This document shows positions 7,738-18,431 of a stretch of DNA of 61,129 bases, one piece after another (position 1 is the stretch's first letter; each line of letters begins with the position of its first letter). The position numbers and the translations under genes are program-made. Below the pieces are notes generated by a model. The model saw only the letters and a list, made by a program, of their open reading frames with translations. It was not told the origin of the DNA and did no database searches. The stretch is taken from positions 1-61,129 of IMG/VR virus record IMGVR_UViG_3300022752_004478. The stretch is one strand, 5' to 3'. The stretch is from a virus (taxonomy: Duplodnaviria > Caudoviricetes).

Positions 7738-8821
7738 TTTCTACTGTTTTTAATGCTTGTCCTATAACTTGATGCATATCATAATATTGATATGAACCTA
7801 ATCTACCACCAAATATAAATTTTTTTTGTAAAGAATTACTTTTTTCTTTATAATATTTATATTTTTTATTGTTTTTATCATCATTTATTGGATAATAAGG
7901 GATATCATTTTTTTGATAATTTTTAGGATATTCTTTTGTTATCCATGTAACATTTGATTTTGAGTTTTCAAAATGTTTGTGTTCTGTTATTCTTGTATAT
8001 GGTATATCATATTCTGTATAGTTTATAATAGAACTACCTTGATAATCATCAATATCTATTAATGAATTTTCAAATTTTAAACTACGATACTCTAATTCAC
8101 CAAATTCATAATTAAAAAATTCATCTATTTTGCCTGTAAAAACTATTTTTTTACTAATTGATTCAAAATATTCTCTATTTTTAAAAAAATCTGTATTTGT
8201 TCTAATTTCTATACCATCTAATAATTTATCAAATATTTGTGTATATCCTCCAATTGGTATTCCTTGATACTTATCAAAAAAATAGTTATCATCAAAATTT
8301 GTTCTAATTGGTAATCTTTTAATAATTGAAGTTGGTAGTTCTTTTGGGTCTTTATTCCATTGTTTTTTTGTATATCCTTTTATAAAAATATTGTATATAT
8401 CTTCACCAACTTGTGATAATATCCATTCTTCTAAATTATTTGGATTGTCATTTTTTATTTTTACTGAATTAATTTTTTCTATAGCTTCTAAAGGTGTTCT
8501 AACACCCCAAATTTGTTGAAGTGTCATTAAATTAATTGGGAATGAATAAATATTATTTTTATAAAAAACTTTTGGTGAATGTTTATAATTGTGAAAATCA
8601 GTAAATTGATTTATCCAATTCCATATTTTTTTATCATTAGTATGAAAAATATGTGGACCATATTTATGTATATTTATATTATCTTTATTTTCAGTATAAC
8701 AATTTCCTCCAATATGATTTCTATTTTCAATAATTAAACATTTCTTACCTATTTTATTCATTTCATAGGCAAAAACTGAACCAAAAATACCGCTACCAAC
8801 TATAAGATAATCATAAATCAT
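7712..8821 (-). CDS. glf: UDP-galactopyranose mutase
   Basis: YDYLIVGSGIFG FAD motif, HIGGNCY, HKYGPHIFHT, YTKKQW, YFFDKYQGIP, GRLGSYQYYDMHQ. Confidence 0.97.
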   Translation of the reverse strand: MIYDYLIVGSGIFGSVFAYEMNKIGKKCLIIENRNHIGGNCYTENKDNINIHKYGPHIFHTNDKKIWNWINQFTDFHNYKHSPKVFYKNNIYSFPINLMTLQQIWGVRTPLEAIEKINSVKIKNDNPNNLEEWILSQVGEDIYNIFIKGYTKKQWNKDPKELPTSIIKRLPIRTNFDDNYFFDKYQGIPIGGYTQIFDKLLDGIEIRTNTDFFKNREYFESISKKIVFTGKIDEFFNYEFGELEYRSLKFENSLIDIDDYQGSSIINYTEYDIPYTRITEHKHFENSKSNVTWITKEYPKNYQKNDIPYYPINDDKNNKKYKYYKEKSNSLQKKFIFGGRLGSYQYYDMHQVIGQALKTVENEINNLGS

Positions 8822-10167
8822 AAAATAAAATTTTTAAGGTCTTCTGGTGTTCCCAAGCCATACATTTTTTCCGCATTAAAATTTTTTATTTTTTTACCAT
8901 CTTTAATTGCTTCATTAAAAACAGGACAAACATAAAATTCATTATTTACTCTAATATTTTTTTCAATCATTTGTTCTGCATATTTTACAAAATCAGAACC
9001 ATTTTTCCAATAATAAAAACCAACAGTAGCAATATTTGAAATAGGATTTTTTTCGGCAACTTCAATTACATTATTGTTTTCATTTAACCTTACAAATGAC
9101 CATTTTGGATGTGTTGATTCAAAAGTAACAATACCACCATCTGCATCTGATTCATTCATTTTATACATAAATTCTGTAGAATCCCATTCAACATATTGGT
9201 CTGAATTGGCAAAAAATAAAGGTGAGTCATTATTAATGTATTCTTTTGCTAATAATGCTGTACAGGCAGCACCTTGAGTAATACCATCTGTTTCAACAAT
9301 TTTACAATTTGGTGAAATTAAATTTAATAAAGAATCTAAATTATATTTTTGTCTATGTTCTTTTTGAACAACAAAAATAAAATTAGCATCAACATTTAAA
9401 TTTTCAACAACAACTTGAATCATTGGTTTATTGTTTATATCTATTAATGGTTTTGGAAAAGTATAACCAGCCTCTTTAAATCTACTTCCAGAACCTGCCA
9501 TAGGTATTAAAACATTTAATTTTTTATCAGTCCATTTTGGTTTCATATATTTACTTACAGATTCAATTTCTTTAATTTTTTCGTTAATGTTTTTATAAAA
9601 TACGTCATTGGGTGACTTAACTCTTAAAATGTGTGAATTGCTTCTGTTCGCTGCTAATAAACCATATGGGGAATCTTCAATTATTAATGTTTCTTCTGGC
9701 AAAACATTAATTTTAGAAATAGCGGTCCAATAAATTTCGGGATGTGGTTTACTATTATTTACATCTTCATTAGATAAAATTAAATCAAAGTATTCTATAA
9801 TACCTAATCTACTAAGAACAGTAAGAATTGTTTTCCTTATGCTATTTGAACATACTGCTAATTTATATCCTGATTTTGATAATAAATCCATACAAACTAT
9901 AAGTTGATATGATTTATCTAAATTTTTTAATGCTTCAAGAGTATATTTTTGTTTTTCTTCCCAAATATTTTTAAAATATTCCTTTGGAAGACCTTTTTTT
10001 TCATGTAATATTTCTAATTTTTGATTGGTTTTTAGACCATCATAAATTGATAAATGTTCATCCCAGTCAATAGCATATTCTTTTAATGCTTTATTAAATG
10101 CTTCAAAATGTATATTTTTAGCTTCTACTAAAACACCATCTAAATCAAAAATAATTAATTTAATCAT
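8818..10167 (-). CDS. HAD phosphatase fused to sugar-nucleotidyltransferase domain
   Basis: N-half FDLDGVL, KPHPEIY, IEDS; C-half LIPMAGSGSRF...PKPLI, EVAEK, EFYVCPVFN, GLGTPEDL. Confidence 0.9.
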   Translation of the reverse strand: MIKLIIFDLDGVLVEAKNIHFEAFNKALKEYAIDWDEHLSIYDGLKTNQKLEILHEKKGLPKEYFKNIWEEKQKYTLEALKNLDKSYQLIVCMDLLSKSGYKLAVCSNSIRKTILTVLSRLGIIEYFDLILSNEDVNNSKPHPEIYWTAISKINVLPEETLIIEDSPYGLLAANRSNSHILRVKSPNDVFYKNINEKIKEIESVSKYMKPKWTDKKLNVLIPMAGSGSRFKEAGYTFPKPLIDINNKPMIQVVVENLNVDANFIFVVQKEHRQKYNLDSLLNLISPNCKIVETDGITQGAACTALLAKEYINNDSPLFFANSDQYVEWDSTEFMYKMNESDADGGIVTFESTHPKWSFVRLNENNNVIEVAEKNPISNIATVGFYYWKNGSDFVKYAEQMIEKNIRVNNEFYVCPVFNEAIKDGKKIKNFNAEKMYGLGTPEDLKNFIL

Positions 10168-10185
10168 ACAAAATATAGTATAATA

Positions 10186-10977
10186 TTAAATTAATATTTT
10201 TTCATTGTTAAATATATTAGAATATGTTTTACTATCATCTAATATTGGATTTTCTCCAATTCTATACCCTTCTGAATACCATTTTTCTGTTTCTGGTCTA
10301 TTTGCTACTTTATATAAAGGGTTTCTGTCTTTATAAGTATCTGAATCATGATAAGTATCTAGAAAAAATGTAACATTTTCATACAAGTAATCAGACATTA
10401 TATCACATGCTTCATGTGGTGTTAATATTATTTCACCATTATATAATTCATTAAAAAATTTCTTAGGTATAAATAACATTAAGTCATTAATTCTGTGTCT
10501 ATTTTTTGCCCAAGTTTTATGGTGTGGTACTTCTAAAGGATTTAAAAATGATGTTATCCAACAAATAGATGGATATATTATCTTATCATAATTTGAATTA
10601 AATACTTCTAAAAATTTTTCTTTTAAAATTAAATCAATTCTTAAAAAGAAAATAAAATCAATATCATTTTCTTTTTGTGTTAAAAACAATGCCTGATTAA
10701 ATAAATTATCATATCCTATTGGATTATCAATAATAATTGACTCAACATCATATGATTTAAACCATTCTAATAAATTATCATTATACTGTGTATTATATGT
10801 TATTAATTTGATTTTAATATCAATATTATCTCTTATTTTAGAAAAAAAAGCTAATTGTGACTTTGTGGCTAATTCTTGTTCATGGAAAGATTCGGGTATA
10901 CCACGAACTCTACTTCCTTGTAAACCATATCTAAAAGATTCACCAATAATACAAAAAACACCTTTTTGTTTTTTCAT
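10186..10977 (-). CDS. Hypothetical protein in glycan island (possible GT-A fold)
   Basis: 263-aa ORF, FFLRIDL motif, co-oriented with glycosyltransferases. Confidence 0.5.
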   Translation of the reverse strand: MKKQKGVFCIIGESFRYGLQGSRVRGIPESFHEQELATKSQLAFFSKIRDNIDIKIKLITYNTQYNDNLLEWFKSYDVESIIIDNPIGYDNLFNQALFLTQKENDIDFIFFLRIDLILKEKFLEVFNSNYDKIIYPSICWITSFLNPLEVPHHKTWAKNRHRINDLMLFIPKKFFNELYNGEIILTPHEACDIMSDYLYENVTFFLDTYHDSDTYKDRNPLYKVANRPETEKWYSEGYRIGENPILDDSKTYSNIFNNEKILI

Positions 10978-10979
10978 GA

Positions 10980-11921
10980 TTAATTTAAATCTCTAAAAAT
11001 TATTTTTTTAATTTGTTCTAATTTATGATTTGCATATATTGGATTATAAAAATTTTGATATCCAGTACCTGATTTAAAATGAATAATTGGTGATTTAGTT
11101 ATATCAGTATCAATTGATTGTATAATATCAATATGTATTGGATTTAAAAAATCATAATTATCTATAAATAATTCTTTTAGTTTAAAGAAGTTATTAATAT
11201 AATATTCTTCATAATTTTCTATATCATTTTCATATGGAAATGATTTTTTGTCTGAAAATCTATCACCCCCTAAAAGATGTAATTTTTTATTATTCATATC
11301 AAAACTATATCTAATATTACCATTTAAATGGGTGTCAAAATTATTATTTATAATATCATATATATTCCAAAATTCAAAAAATCCAATATCGTTTTTATCT
11401 ATTTTTTTTAATAATTCAGATGTTTGACCACCCATATCGCTAATGCCTTCAACTGGATTCCAAATAAATAATTTTGTTAAATTATTTGAATTAAAAAATT
11501 CACTATCGAATAATAAAACTCCATCCCACATATAATAAAGAGAATTATTTAGTCTATATTGTGGATTTATTATAATTTTTTTATTATCCATTAGACTTTT
11601 ATAATCTAATTTGTTTATAAAAAACATATCTGAATGAATTAATAAAATATAATCAGATATATTCTTTTGCATTGTGTCTCTAAACCAATTTAACTGTTCT
11701 ACATAATATGTTATAAACCCATTATTTGGCCCAATATATTTAATACATTCAATATTGTTATTTTTGCAAATGTTATCAATTTCATCCGCATTATTAGTTG
11801 ATGCATTAACAACAATTAATTCTGTGTCAGCATCTTGCATGTAAAGTTTGTATGAATCAATTTGTAATTGAAGATACTCAGGGTTTCTATCAGGAAATGT
11901 AAATATTTTTAACTTTTTCAT
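10980..11921 (-). CDS. Putative GT-A fold glycosyltransferase
   Basis: LLIHSDMFF (DxD-like), DMGGQT, IIHFKSG. Confidence 0.5.
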   Translation of the reverse strand: MKKLKIFTFPDRNPEYLQLQIDSYKLYMQDADTELIVVNASTNNADEIDNICKNNNIECIKYIGPNNGFITYYVEQLNWFRDTMQKNISDYILLIHSDMFFINKLDYKSLMDNKKIIINPQYRLNNSLYYMWDGVLLFDSEFFNSNNLTKLFIWNPVEGISDMGGQTSELLKKIDKNDIGFFEFWNIYDIINNNFDTHLNGNIRYSFDMNNKKLHLLGGDRFSDKKSFPYENDIENYEEYYINNFFKLKELFIDNYDFLNPIHIDIIQSIDTDITKSPIIHFKSGTGYQNFYNPIYANHKLEQIKKIIFRDLN

Positions 11922-11922
11922 T

Positions 11923-12654
11923 TTAATTATTTTCTAATAGACTTTTTAATACTAATAACGCACTACCATCATATATAACTTCTTGACCATTCGGCCATAA
12001 AATTTTTTCTGTTTTTCCACCACATACTACAATATGATTAGGTAAATGTTTTTCAACAAAAGAACCCCATGTGTCATTTAAAAACTTCAATTCATCTGTA
12101 TAATCAATACCATATTCTTTATTTGTGTGAAATTCAATTTCAATATATGGGATATTTTTTAATAGTGTTGAGTTTTCAATAAAATTGTATTCAGCACCTT
12201 CAATATCTATTTTAATAAATTCTACTTCACCTTCAAAAAAGTTTTTATATTCATTAATTATATCTTCTAAAGTAATTGTTTTAATTAAAGTAACATTTTC
12301 TGTTGATTGATATGACCAACCACCTACATTTCCTCTTACTTTACCTAATTGAATAAAGTCTTTATTATAAAATAAGGCTTTATTAATTACTTGTCTTTTT
12401 TTATCATCTTTAATTCTTTCTGTGATGTAATTATAATTTTCTACCATAGCCTCAACAAGTACGGCTTTTTTTAATGAAGGAATATTTTCAAAAAATATAT
12501 CCGAAACACCTCCAGTACAAGAACCAATATCTATAAAGTTCTTTATTTCTGCTTTTTTTAAAAAGTCAATAACTTTTTTATAATACCCTGAATTATTCCA
12601 CTCATTTATTGTATAACTTAGGTGTTGATTTAAACTATCTGTAATGCCAAACAT
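11923..12654 (-). CDS. FkbM-family methyltransferase
   Basis: FIDIGSCTG and FIKIDIEGAE motifs. Confidence 0.85.
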   Translation of the reverse strand: MFGITDSLNQHLSYTINEWNNSGYYKKVIDFLKKAEIKNFIDIGSCTGGVSDIFFENIPSLKKAVLVEAMVENYNYITERIKDDKKRQVINKALFYNKDFIQLGKVRGNVGGWSYQSTENVTLIKTITLEDIINEYKNFFEGEVEFIKIDIEGAEYNFIENSTLLKNIPYIEIEFHTNKEYGIDYTDELKFLNDTWGSFVEKHLPNHIVVCGGKTEKILWPNGQEVIYDGSALLVLKSLLENN

Positions 12655-12657
12655 TTT

Positions 12658-13527
12658 TTATTTTTTTATTAAATATATGTACTTTTTTTCTATTAATTGT
12701 AAAAATTCTATAGAATAGTCATTTTCTAGTTTAATTTCTTGAAAATTACCACTTCTAAAGAATAAGTCACTTTTATTATTTATATGATTTGTTATATTAT
12801 TTTTAATATGTTCATTATTAAATTCTTGATGTGCATATGCGTCAATTTTTTCTTTTATTCTATTTTCACCACCCATAAAAGATAAATGCCATCCACCATT
12901 ATTTACAACTTTATTTGTTAATTTATTTTGTCTAATAAAATTTAAAGAATTATTTTTTAATGTATACCAATTTGTTAGTTTAGGACCACTCCAATTTTCT
13001 TCTTTTAATAAATTTATGTAATAATAAAACATTTTTTGTCTAAAATCTATTACACCATTATTAAAATTTTCAGTATTTATTTTTAATTCGTTTGGGTTTG
13101 GAAATTCATCAATATCTGAAATAACTATTAAATCATCATCAGAACAATCAATCAAACCCATTATAATTGATTCTCTTTGAAAAATTTCCCTACCCCATTG
13201 TTTTTCATTTCTAGACCATCCTGAAGATTCTTGCACATATTTTAATATATTATTTAAATAAAAATCTTTATTGTTGGTTGGATTATGAATAAATGGTAAA
13301 TTATAAAAATCATTTGGTGTATTATCTATAATTACATGTATAATCTTGTCTTCAAAATCTTTGAATAAAGATTTATTTTCTTCAAAAAAAAGTTTTTTAG
13401 GTTTCCCTGAAAAAGTTATTGTTGATTCAACTATAACAAATTTATCAACAATATTATTTAATAAATTTAAACGTAAATCTAATAAGTCTAATTCATTAAA
13501 AAATAAAAAACAATCGTAAACTTTCAT
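12658..13527 (-). CDS. GT17-family (beta-1,4-GlcNAc transferase-like) glycosyltransferase
   Basis: YDCFLFFNELDLLDLRL, FVIVES..TFSGKPK, SDIDE, GGWHLSF. Confidence 0.88.
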   Translation of the reverse strand: MKVYDCFLFFNELDLLDLRLNLLNNIVDKFVIVESTITFSGKPKKLFFEENKSLFKDFEDKIIHVIIDNTPNDFYNLPFIHNPTNNKDFYLNNILKYVQESSGWSRNEKQWGREIFQRESIIMGLIDCSDDDLIVISDIDEFPNPNELKINTENFNNGVIDFRQKMFYYYINLLKEENWSGPKLTNWYTLKNNSLNFIRQNKLTNKVVNNGGWHLSFMGGENRIKEKIDAYAHQEFNNEHIKNNITNHINNKSDLFFRSGNFQEIKLENDYSIEFLQLIEKKYIYLIKK

Positions 13528-13528
13528 A

Positions 13529-14170
13529 TTAATATTTTTTTATAAAAATAATACTTCTATATAAGTGAATATAATCAATATTAGATTCCCACCAATTTAA
13601 TTCACCTCTTATTTTGTTTTGATAGAAATTATCAGATTCTAAATTATCAATTTCAGCTAATCCACATTTTCCATTTGAATTAGTAAAATCTAAGAGTTGT
13701 TTAATTCTATCCATAAATTCAGTATCGTTTGGACTAAAATCATCCCAATAACAACAATGTAAATCTTCAACAACATAAATTCCACCGTTATTTAATAATG
13801 GGAATAAAAAATCAAAACTTTTTTTCATATCTCTACTTATGTGAGAACCATCATCTATAATTATATCAAAAGGACCATGTTCTTTATTTATTTTATCTAA
13901 AAGATTTAAATCTTTTTGGTCACAAATAAAAGTTTTAATCCTTTCACTATCAAATCTAGAACAGTCAACAATATCAATTCCATAAATTTTTGATTTATTA
14001 AAAAATTCTTCCCAAGTCTTTAAGGAAAAACCATTTTGTATTCCAATCTCTAATATTTTTAATTTCTTATGTCTTATTTTTTCAAAATAAGAATTGTATT
14101 TTTCGGAATAGTTATGTAAATTACTACCCTTATCAGTACCGTATTTTAAACAAATGTCATTTAATGTCAT
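13529..14170 (-). CDS. Class I SAM-dependent sugar O-methyltransferase (MycE/TylE-like)
   Basis: GTDK...HNY, ILEIGI, DIIIDDGSH, GGIYVVEDL. Confidence 0.85.
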   Translation of the reverse strand: MTLNDICLKYGTDKGSNLHNYSEKYNSYFEKIRHKKLKILEIGIQNGFSLKTWEEFFNKSKIYGIDIVDCSRFDSERIKTFICDQKDLNLLDKINKEHGPFDIIIDDGSHISRDMKKSFDFLFPLLNNGGIYVVEDLHCCYWDDFSPNDTEFMDRIKQLLDFTNSNGKCGLAEIDNLESDNFYQNKIRGELNWWESNIDYIHLYRSIIFIKKY

Positions 14171-14171
14171 A

Positions 14172-15104
14172 TTAGTATATATTTAAGTTATTTTCATATT
14201 TTAATTTTAATTGTAAACATTCATCAAATGTGTATAGTTTACCATTTCTGTTTAAATATTGCCAATTTGGTATCAAAGAGTCACCACATGACCAATATCC
14301 ATCACTATTTTTGTAATCAGCCCAATACATTGGTGCAATAACATTTACATTATCATTTAACCAAATAGGCCAAAATGAAAAACTAGATGCTGATATTATT
14401 GCATTTTTAGCATTTAATAGTATTGTCCAATCCATCCAAATAGGGCCACCAATATGATGATTTGCCTTAAACTTATCTTGTTGGCCTGTTTTTGAAGCAC
14501 CAATTATTTCAATTTCAGGGAAAAGTGATTTTGAAAAATTATAGTCATCTGTAACAATGTAAAAAATCATATTTGGATTGATTAAAGACATTTCTTTAAT
14601 GGCATTATCATAATAGTCTTTATATAAAATTGATGTACTTGCGTGAAAATCACCACCTCTAATATGTATAATGCATATATTCTGGTCCGAAAAATCTAAT
14701 ATATTTTTTTCGCTTTTAATTTTTATCCAATTTTTAATTATATTTTTATATTTAAATATATAATTAATTGATTGCATATTACCATCAATCTTAGTATTAT
14801 CTTTAATATTCAAAAGATTGTCATCTAATTTAGATATATCTAAACCATTACTATGTCTAATTATTAATTCTTTATAATAATTTTGAATTGTATTTGGTAA
14901 TGTATTTGGTGGTCCACCTTCAGGTCCATCACCACCAATTACTTCGTTTCCAAAGTCTATTTCCAAAAATTCTTGACCTTTAAATTTATAGTTTGATTGT
15001 ATGCCAAATTCATATTTATTTTCATATGCAATGCACCTAGTTACAAAGTAGCACCAAAGTTGATTACCTAAACCCTGACCATTATAAAATTCAGTAACTA
15101 TCAT
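14172..15104 (-). CDS. GT11-family (alpha-1,2-fucosyltransferase-like) glycosyltransferase
   Basis: GQGLGNQL, IHIRGGD, VTDD, SSFSFW motifs. Confidence 0.85.
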   Translation of the reverse strand: MIVTEFYNGQGLGNQLWCYFVTRCIAYENKYEFGIQSNYKFKGQEFLEIDFGNEVIGGDGPEGGPPNTLPNTIQNYYKELIIRHSNGLDISKLDDNLLNIKDNTKIDGNMQSINYIFKYKNIIKNWIKIKSEKNILDFSDQNICIIHIRGGDFHASTSILYKDYYDNAIKEMSLINPNMIFYIVTDDYNFSKSLFPEIEIIGASKTGQQDKFKANHHIGGPIWMDWTILLNAKNAIISASSFSFWPIWLNDNVNVIAPMYWADYKNSDGYWSCGDSLIPNWQYLNRNGKLYTFDECLQLKLKYENNLNIY

Positions 15105-15106
15105 AG

Positions 15107-15727
15107 TTATAGGTTTTTGTTTCTCAATAAAACGTCACTTCCAAAATCATGAACAACTTCCCAATCGTTTCCTAATAAAGATAAAATCTTATCTAAATTG
15201 GGTTGATTTTCATAAAATTCTCTATTTGCATACTCAGTATACAAAAACTTAACTTTATTTTTAAAAGTTTCCTTACCACCAATAATCATCAAATCTTCAG
15301 CACCTTGAACATCTGCCCAAATAAAATCTATAATATTAATATTATTTTTTTCACAAAAAGTATCTAATTTTATTGTTTTTACTTTGATTTGTTCATCAAA
15401 ATAAATCCAATTCCATTCATTTAAATGTTCTTTAGGTGGTTTTATACTACCTGAATATCTCAAATCATTAGGATTATCTGTTCTAGACCTATTAAAGGTA
15501 ATTTCACCATCTAAATCAGAAATAACCCCCTCAAAAAGATTAAAATTATTATAATTAATTTTTTCTTTAATTAATTTAATATTTGAAGGGTCTGGTTCAA
15601 ATGAAAATAAATTTAAATATTCAAATGTATTGATAAAATCTAATGTATCTTGACCATCTGCTGCACCAATTTCAAAAATTGTTGGATTTTCTTTATTGAT
15701 TAAATTTTTTATTTGATTTTTATTCAT
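15107..15727 (-). CDS. FkbM-family methyltransferase
   Basis: FEIGAADG, FEPDP, KLDTF, DFIWADVQGAE. Confidence 0.88.
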   Translation of the reverse strand: MNKNQIKNLINKENPTIFEIGAADGQDTLDFINTFEYLNLFSFEPDPSNIKLIKEKINYNNFNLFEGVISDLDGEITFNRSRTDNPNDLRYSGSIKPPKEHLNEWNWIYFDEQIKVKTIKLDTFCEKNNINIIDFIWADVQGAEDLMIIGGKETFKNKVKFLYTEYANREFYENQPNLDKILSLLGNDWEVVHDFGSDVLLRNKNL

Positions 15728-15730
15728 GAA

Positions 15731-16387
15731 TTATAATTTAGTATAAAATACGTTATTTTTACCATGAAATCCAAAAGGAATTATATTTTCTATTTCAGGA
15801 ATATATGCCTCATGAGAAAAATATTTTGCAACTTCTAGAGGTGCAAATTTACAATCGTTATCTTCGTAAAGATGTCTATACATTGCACAAATAAATCCAT
15901 CTTCATTGTAAAAACCATGAAATGGTCTCCATTTTAATCCGATTTTATTAGCAAGTTTTATTAATTTTCTACTCCTTAGTGAAAAACCACCATTTCCAAC
16001 TCTAAATATATTGCCAAAAGCATCTCTATATGAAAAATTATCTCTTGGTAATTGAAATGGTGCGCCAATATAATCATAATCTAAAAATTCATCTCTCCAA
16101 GATTCAGGATTTATTACATATCCATCTGTTTGTATAGTTAATGCAAACTCAGTATCAATATAATTTTCTAACTTATAAATCATAGAGTAACTATATTCGT
16201 CAATATTATTAATTTTATCAATATGACAATACTCTATTTTAGTTGGTAAATAACTAGGTTTTTCATGAGTTATCAATTTGATTGATGCAAATTCAATTTT
16301 TTCTGAACTTAATTCTAAAACCTTAATGCATTTATCAATATCAACAGATGACATTAATACTAATGTAACATTATCTAATTTTAACAT
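15731..16387 (-). CDS. DUF5672-like glycan-associated protein
   Basis: QTDGYVINP..W...FLDYDYIGAP, VGNGGFSLRS, PFGFHG. Confidence 0.8.
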   Translation of the reverse strand: MLKLDNVTLVLMSSVDIDKCIKVLELSSEKIEFASIKLITHEKPSYLPTKIEYCHIDKINNIDEYSYSMIYKLENYIDTEFALTIQTDGYVINPESWRDEFLDYDYIGAPFQLPRDNFSYRDAFGNIFRVGNGGFSLRSRKLIKLANKIGLKWRPFHGFYNEDGFICAMYRHLYEDNDCKFAPLEVAKYFSHEAYIPEIENIIPFGFHGKNNVFYTKL

Positions 16388-17700
16388 ATTCTTTCAATTA
16401 TAGTAAGTCCATTATTATTTGTAAAATGTTCTTTTATTTTCCAATTTTTATTTTCTTCTAAGAAATCAATTAATGCTACATATAAACCTCTTTTTTCAAT
16501 TTTATCAGTAATTATATTATCCGAAACTTTACCATTTGTATAAAAATCCTCATCTTTATATCCAAATGTAACTGTATCATGTAATGCAATCCACTTATTA
16601 ACTTTACTTTCATGTTTTCTTAATTCTTTAGAAAGTTGGTTATAAGTATGTAATGTATCAATAAAAAGAAAATCTGTTTGTTCTATATCCATTTTCAAAA
16701 CATCACCTTCAACAAATTTAAAATCTGTTTCACACAATTTAGCAAAATCTATTGTTTCTTTTTCAAATGGTTTAAAAAAATGGTAATTTAAATCAATTGC
16801 AACAAATTTTTTCGGTTTACCAATAATAAATGCTAAAGTTGATACTGCAAATCTAGTTCCCATTTCGGTAACATGACTACATTCAGATGCATATTTTCTC
16901 AATGTTGGTAAGTGTTCATTTATGTCAACAATTCCTCTAGCATATTTTGTGTTATGGTCAAAATCTAAATTAACAAATTTTTTAAATTTTTCTTCTGCTT
17001 CTAATAATGAAATTTCTTTAGAGTATCTATCTTTTACAATTTTTTCTTCTTTAATTTTTAAATCATTTGGTATTGTATCACTTAATCTATTTCCCCATAC
17101 TCTATTGACAACTGTAACCTCATAAAGAAATGATGGTTCTCCATATTTATCATACATTTTTTTATAAAAATCAACATCCATCATCCATATTAATGACTCA
17201 TCAAAAAATACAATATCTTCGTTTTTAAATGATACGACACTTGGTGAACTTAATGTGTTATTACCTAAGTAAATTTGACTATTCCATTTTGGATGAAATT
17301 CATTGTAAAGATTATAACCATCATTTGAATGTTGGCAAGATGTTACAACCCATTTTGGAGAATTTTCAACTATAAATTCATGGATTTTTTTTAAAGAATT
17401 TATATTGTATAGAAAATCGTCTTGAAAGATTATTTTAATCCATTCTCCTTTTGAATTTTTAATTGCATTATTTAAATTAGCAGATGAACTTCCAATAAGT
17501 TCATTATTTTTTAAATATGTTACATTATAATTTTTGCATAGTTCTTCAATTTCATTATTTAAACTATGGTCTGAAATAATAACTTCAAAATCTTTAAAAG
17601 ATTGTATAAAAATTTTTTCTAAATTATACTCTAAAAACTCAACACCATGACCATGCATTTCGTATGTTGGTATTACTATGGAAAAAAATGGTTTATTCAT
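16381..17700 (-). CDS. GT2 glycosyltransferase fused to class I SAM-methyltransferase-like domain
   Basis: N-half FSIVIPTY, FQDD; C-half DINEHLPTL, EMGTR, LFIDTLH, IALHDT, NNNGLT. Confidence 0.8.
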   Translation of the reverse strand: MNKPFFSIVIPTYEMHGHGVEFLEYNLEKIFIQSFKDFEVIISDHSLNNEIEELCKNYNVTYLKNNELIGSSSANLNNAIKNSKGEWIKIIFQDDFLYNINSLKKIHEFIVENSPKWVVTSCQHSNDGYNLYNEFHPKWNSQIYLGNNTLSSPSVVSFKNEDIVFFDESLIWMMDVDFYKKMYDKYGEPSFLYEVTVVNRVWGNRLSDTIPNDLKIKEEKIVKDRYSKEISLLEAEEKFKKFVNLDFDHNTKYARGIVDINEHLPTLRKYASECSHVTEMGTRFAVSTLAFIIGKPKKFVAIDLNYHFFKPFEKETIDFAKLCETDFKFVEGDVLKMDIEQTDFLFIDTLHTYNQLSKELRKHESKVNKWIALHDTVTFGYKDEDFYTNGKVSDNIITDKIEKRGLYVALIDFLEENKNWKIKEHFTNNNGLTIIERIC

Positions 17701-18431
17701 TAATATATTTGTTTAAATTTTGGTTTATTATTTATTTCAATATGTACTTCTGTTTGTAATGTTTGATTTAGTACATGGTCTGATATTGGGTTGTGGATGT
17801 TATAAAGATATAAGAATTTATCTATAAATTTTACTTTCTCATACCCTGCAATTTCCATAATTGGGTACATCATTGCTACATCATATGTAATTCTATAGAA
17901 TTTACCATCCTTATCCTTCATACAAGAAAAATCAGGGTCTTGTTTTTCTATGTCTTTATAAACTGATGACCTAAAAGTTCTTAAATGGGAAACCATCCAA
18001 GGTGAATTTCTTAAATTATTAAATTGTTCCCTTGTATATTGTCTTGCAAAGCCATTTCTACCATCTGTCCATACTGCTTGACCGTATGTAATTAAACAGT
18101 TGTTTTCATTGTAATAGTCATTTAGGTATGAAAGAACTTTATTTCCATAAAATGCATCATCTCCATCTAAAATAACAATAATCTCATCATCTTCTGAATG
18201 ATTCATAATACAGTTATGAAGATTTTCAAGAGCAGTTAAATTAACCTCATTTCTAATCTTTATAAATTTATCATTATCATCAATTAAATCAAGAGTTGCA
18301 TCTGTTGATGCATCATCAACAAATATTACTCTATAATTTTTATAATCTTGTGATATAATTGAACCAACACATCTTTCAATAAAAGGTGCTGCATTATAAA
18401 AACAAACTAATATTAAAAATTTATTTTGCAT
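17700..18431 (-). CDS. GT2-family glycosyltransferase
   Basis: YNAAPFIERC, VDDASTD, ILDGDD. Confidence 0.88.
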   Translation of the reverse strand: MQNKFLILVCFYNAAPFIERCVGSIISQDYKNYRVIFVDDASTDATLDLIDDNDKFIKIRNEVNLTALENLHNCIMNHSEDDEIIVILDGDDAFYGNKVLSYLNDYYNENNCLITYGQAVWTDGRNGFARQYTREQFNNLRNSPWMVSHLRTFRSSVYKDIEKQDPDFSCMKDKDGKFYRITYDVAMMYPIMEIAGYEKVKFIDKFLYLYNIHNPISDHVLNQTLQTEVHIEINNKPKFKQIY

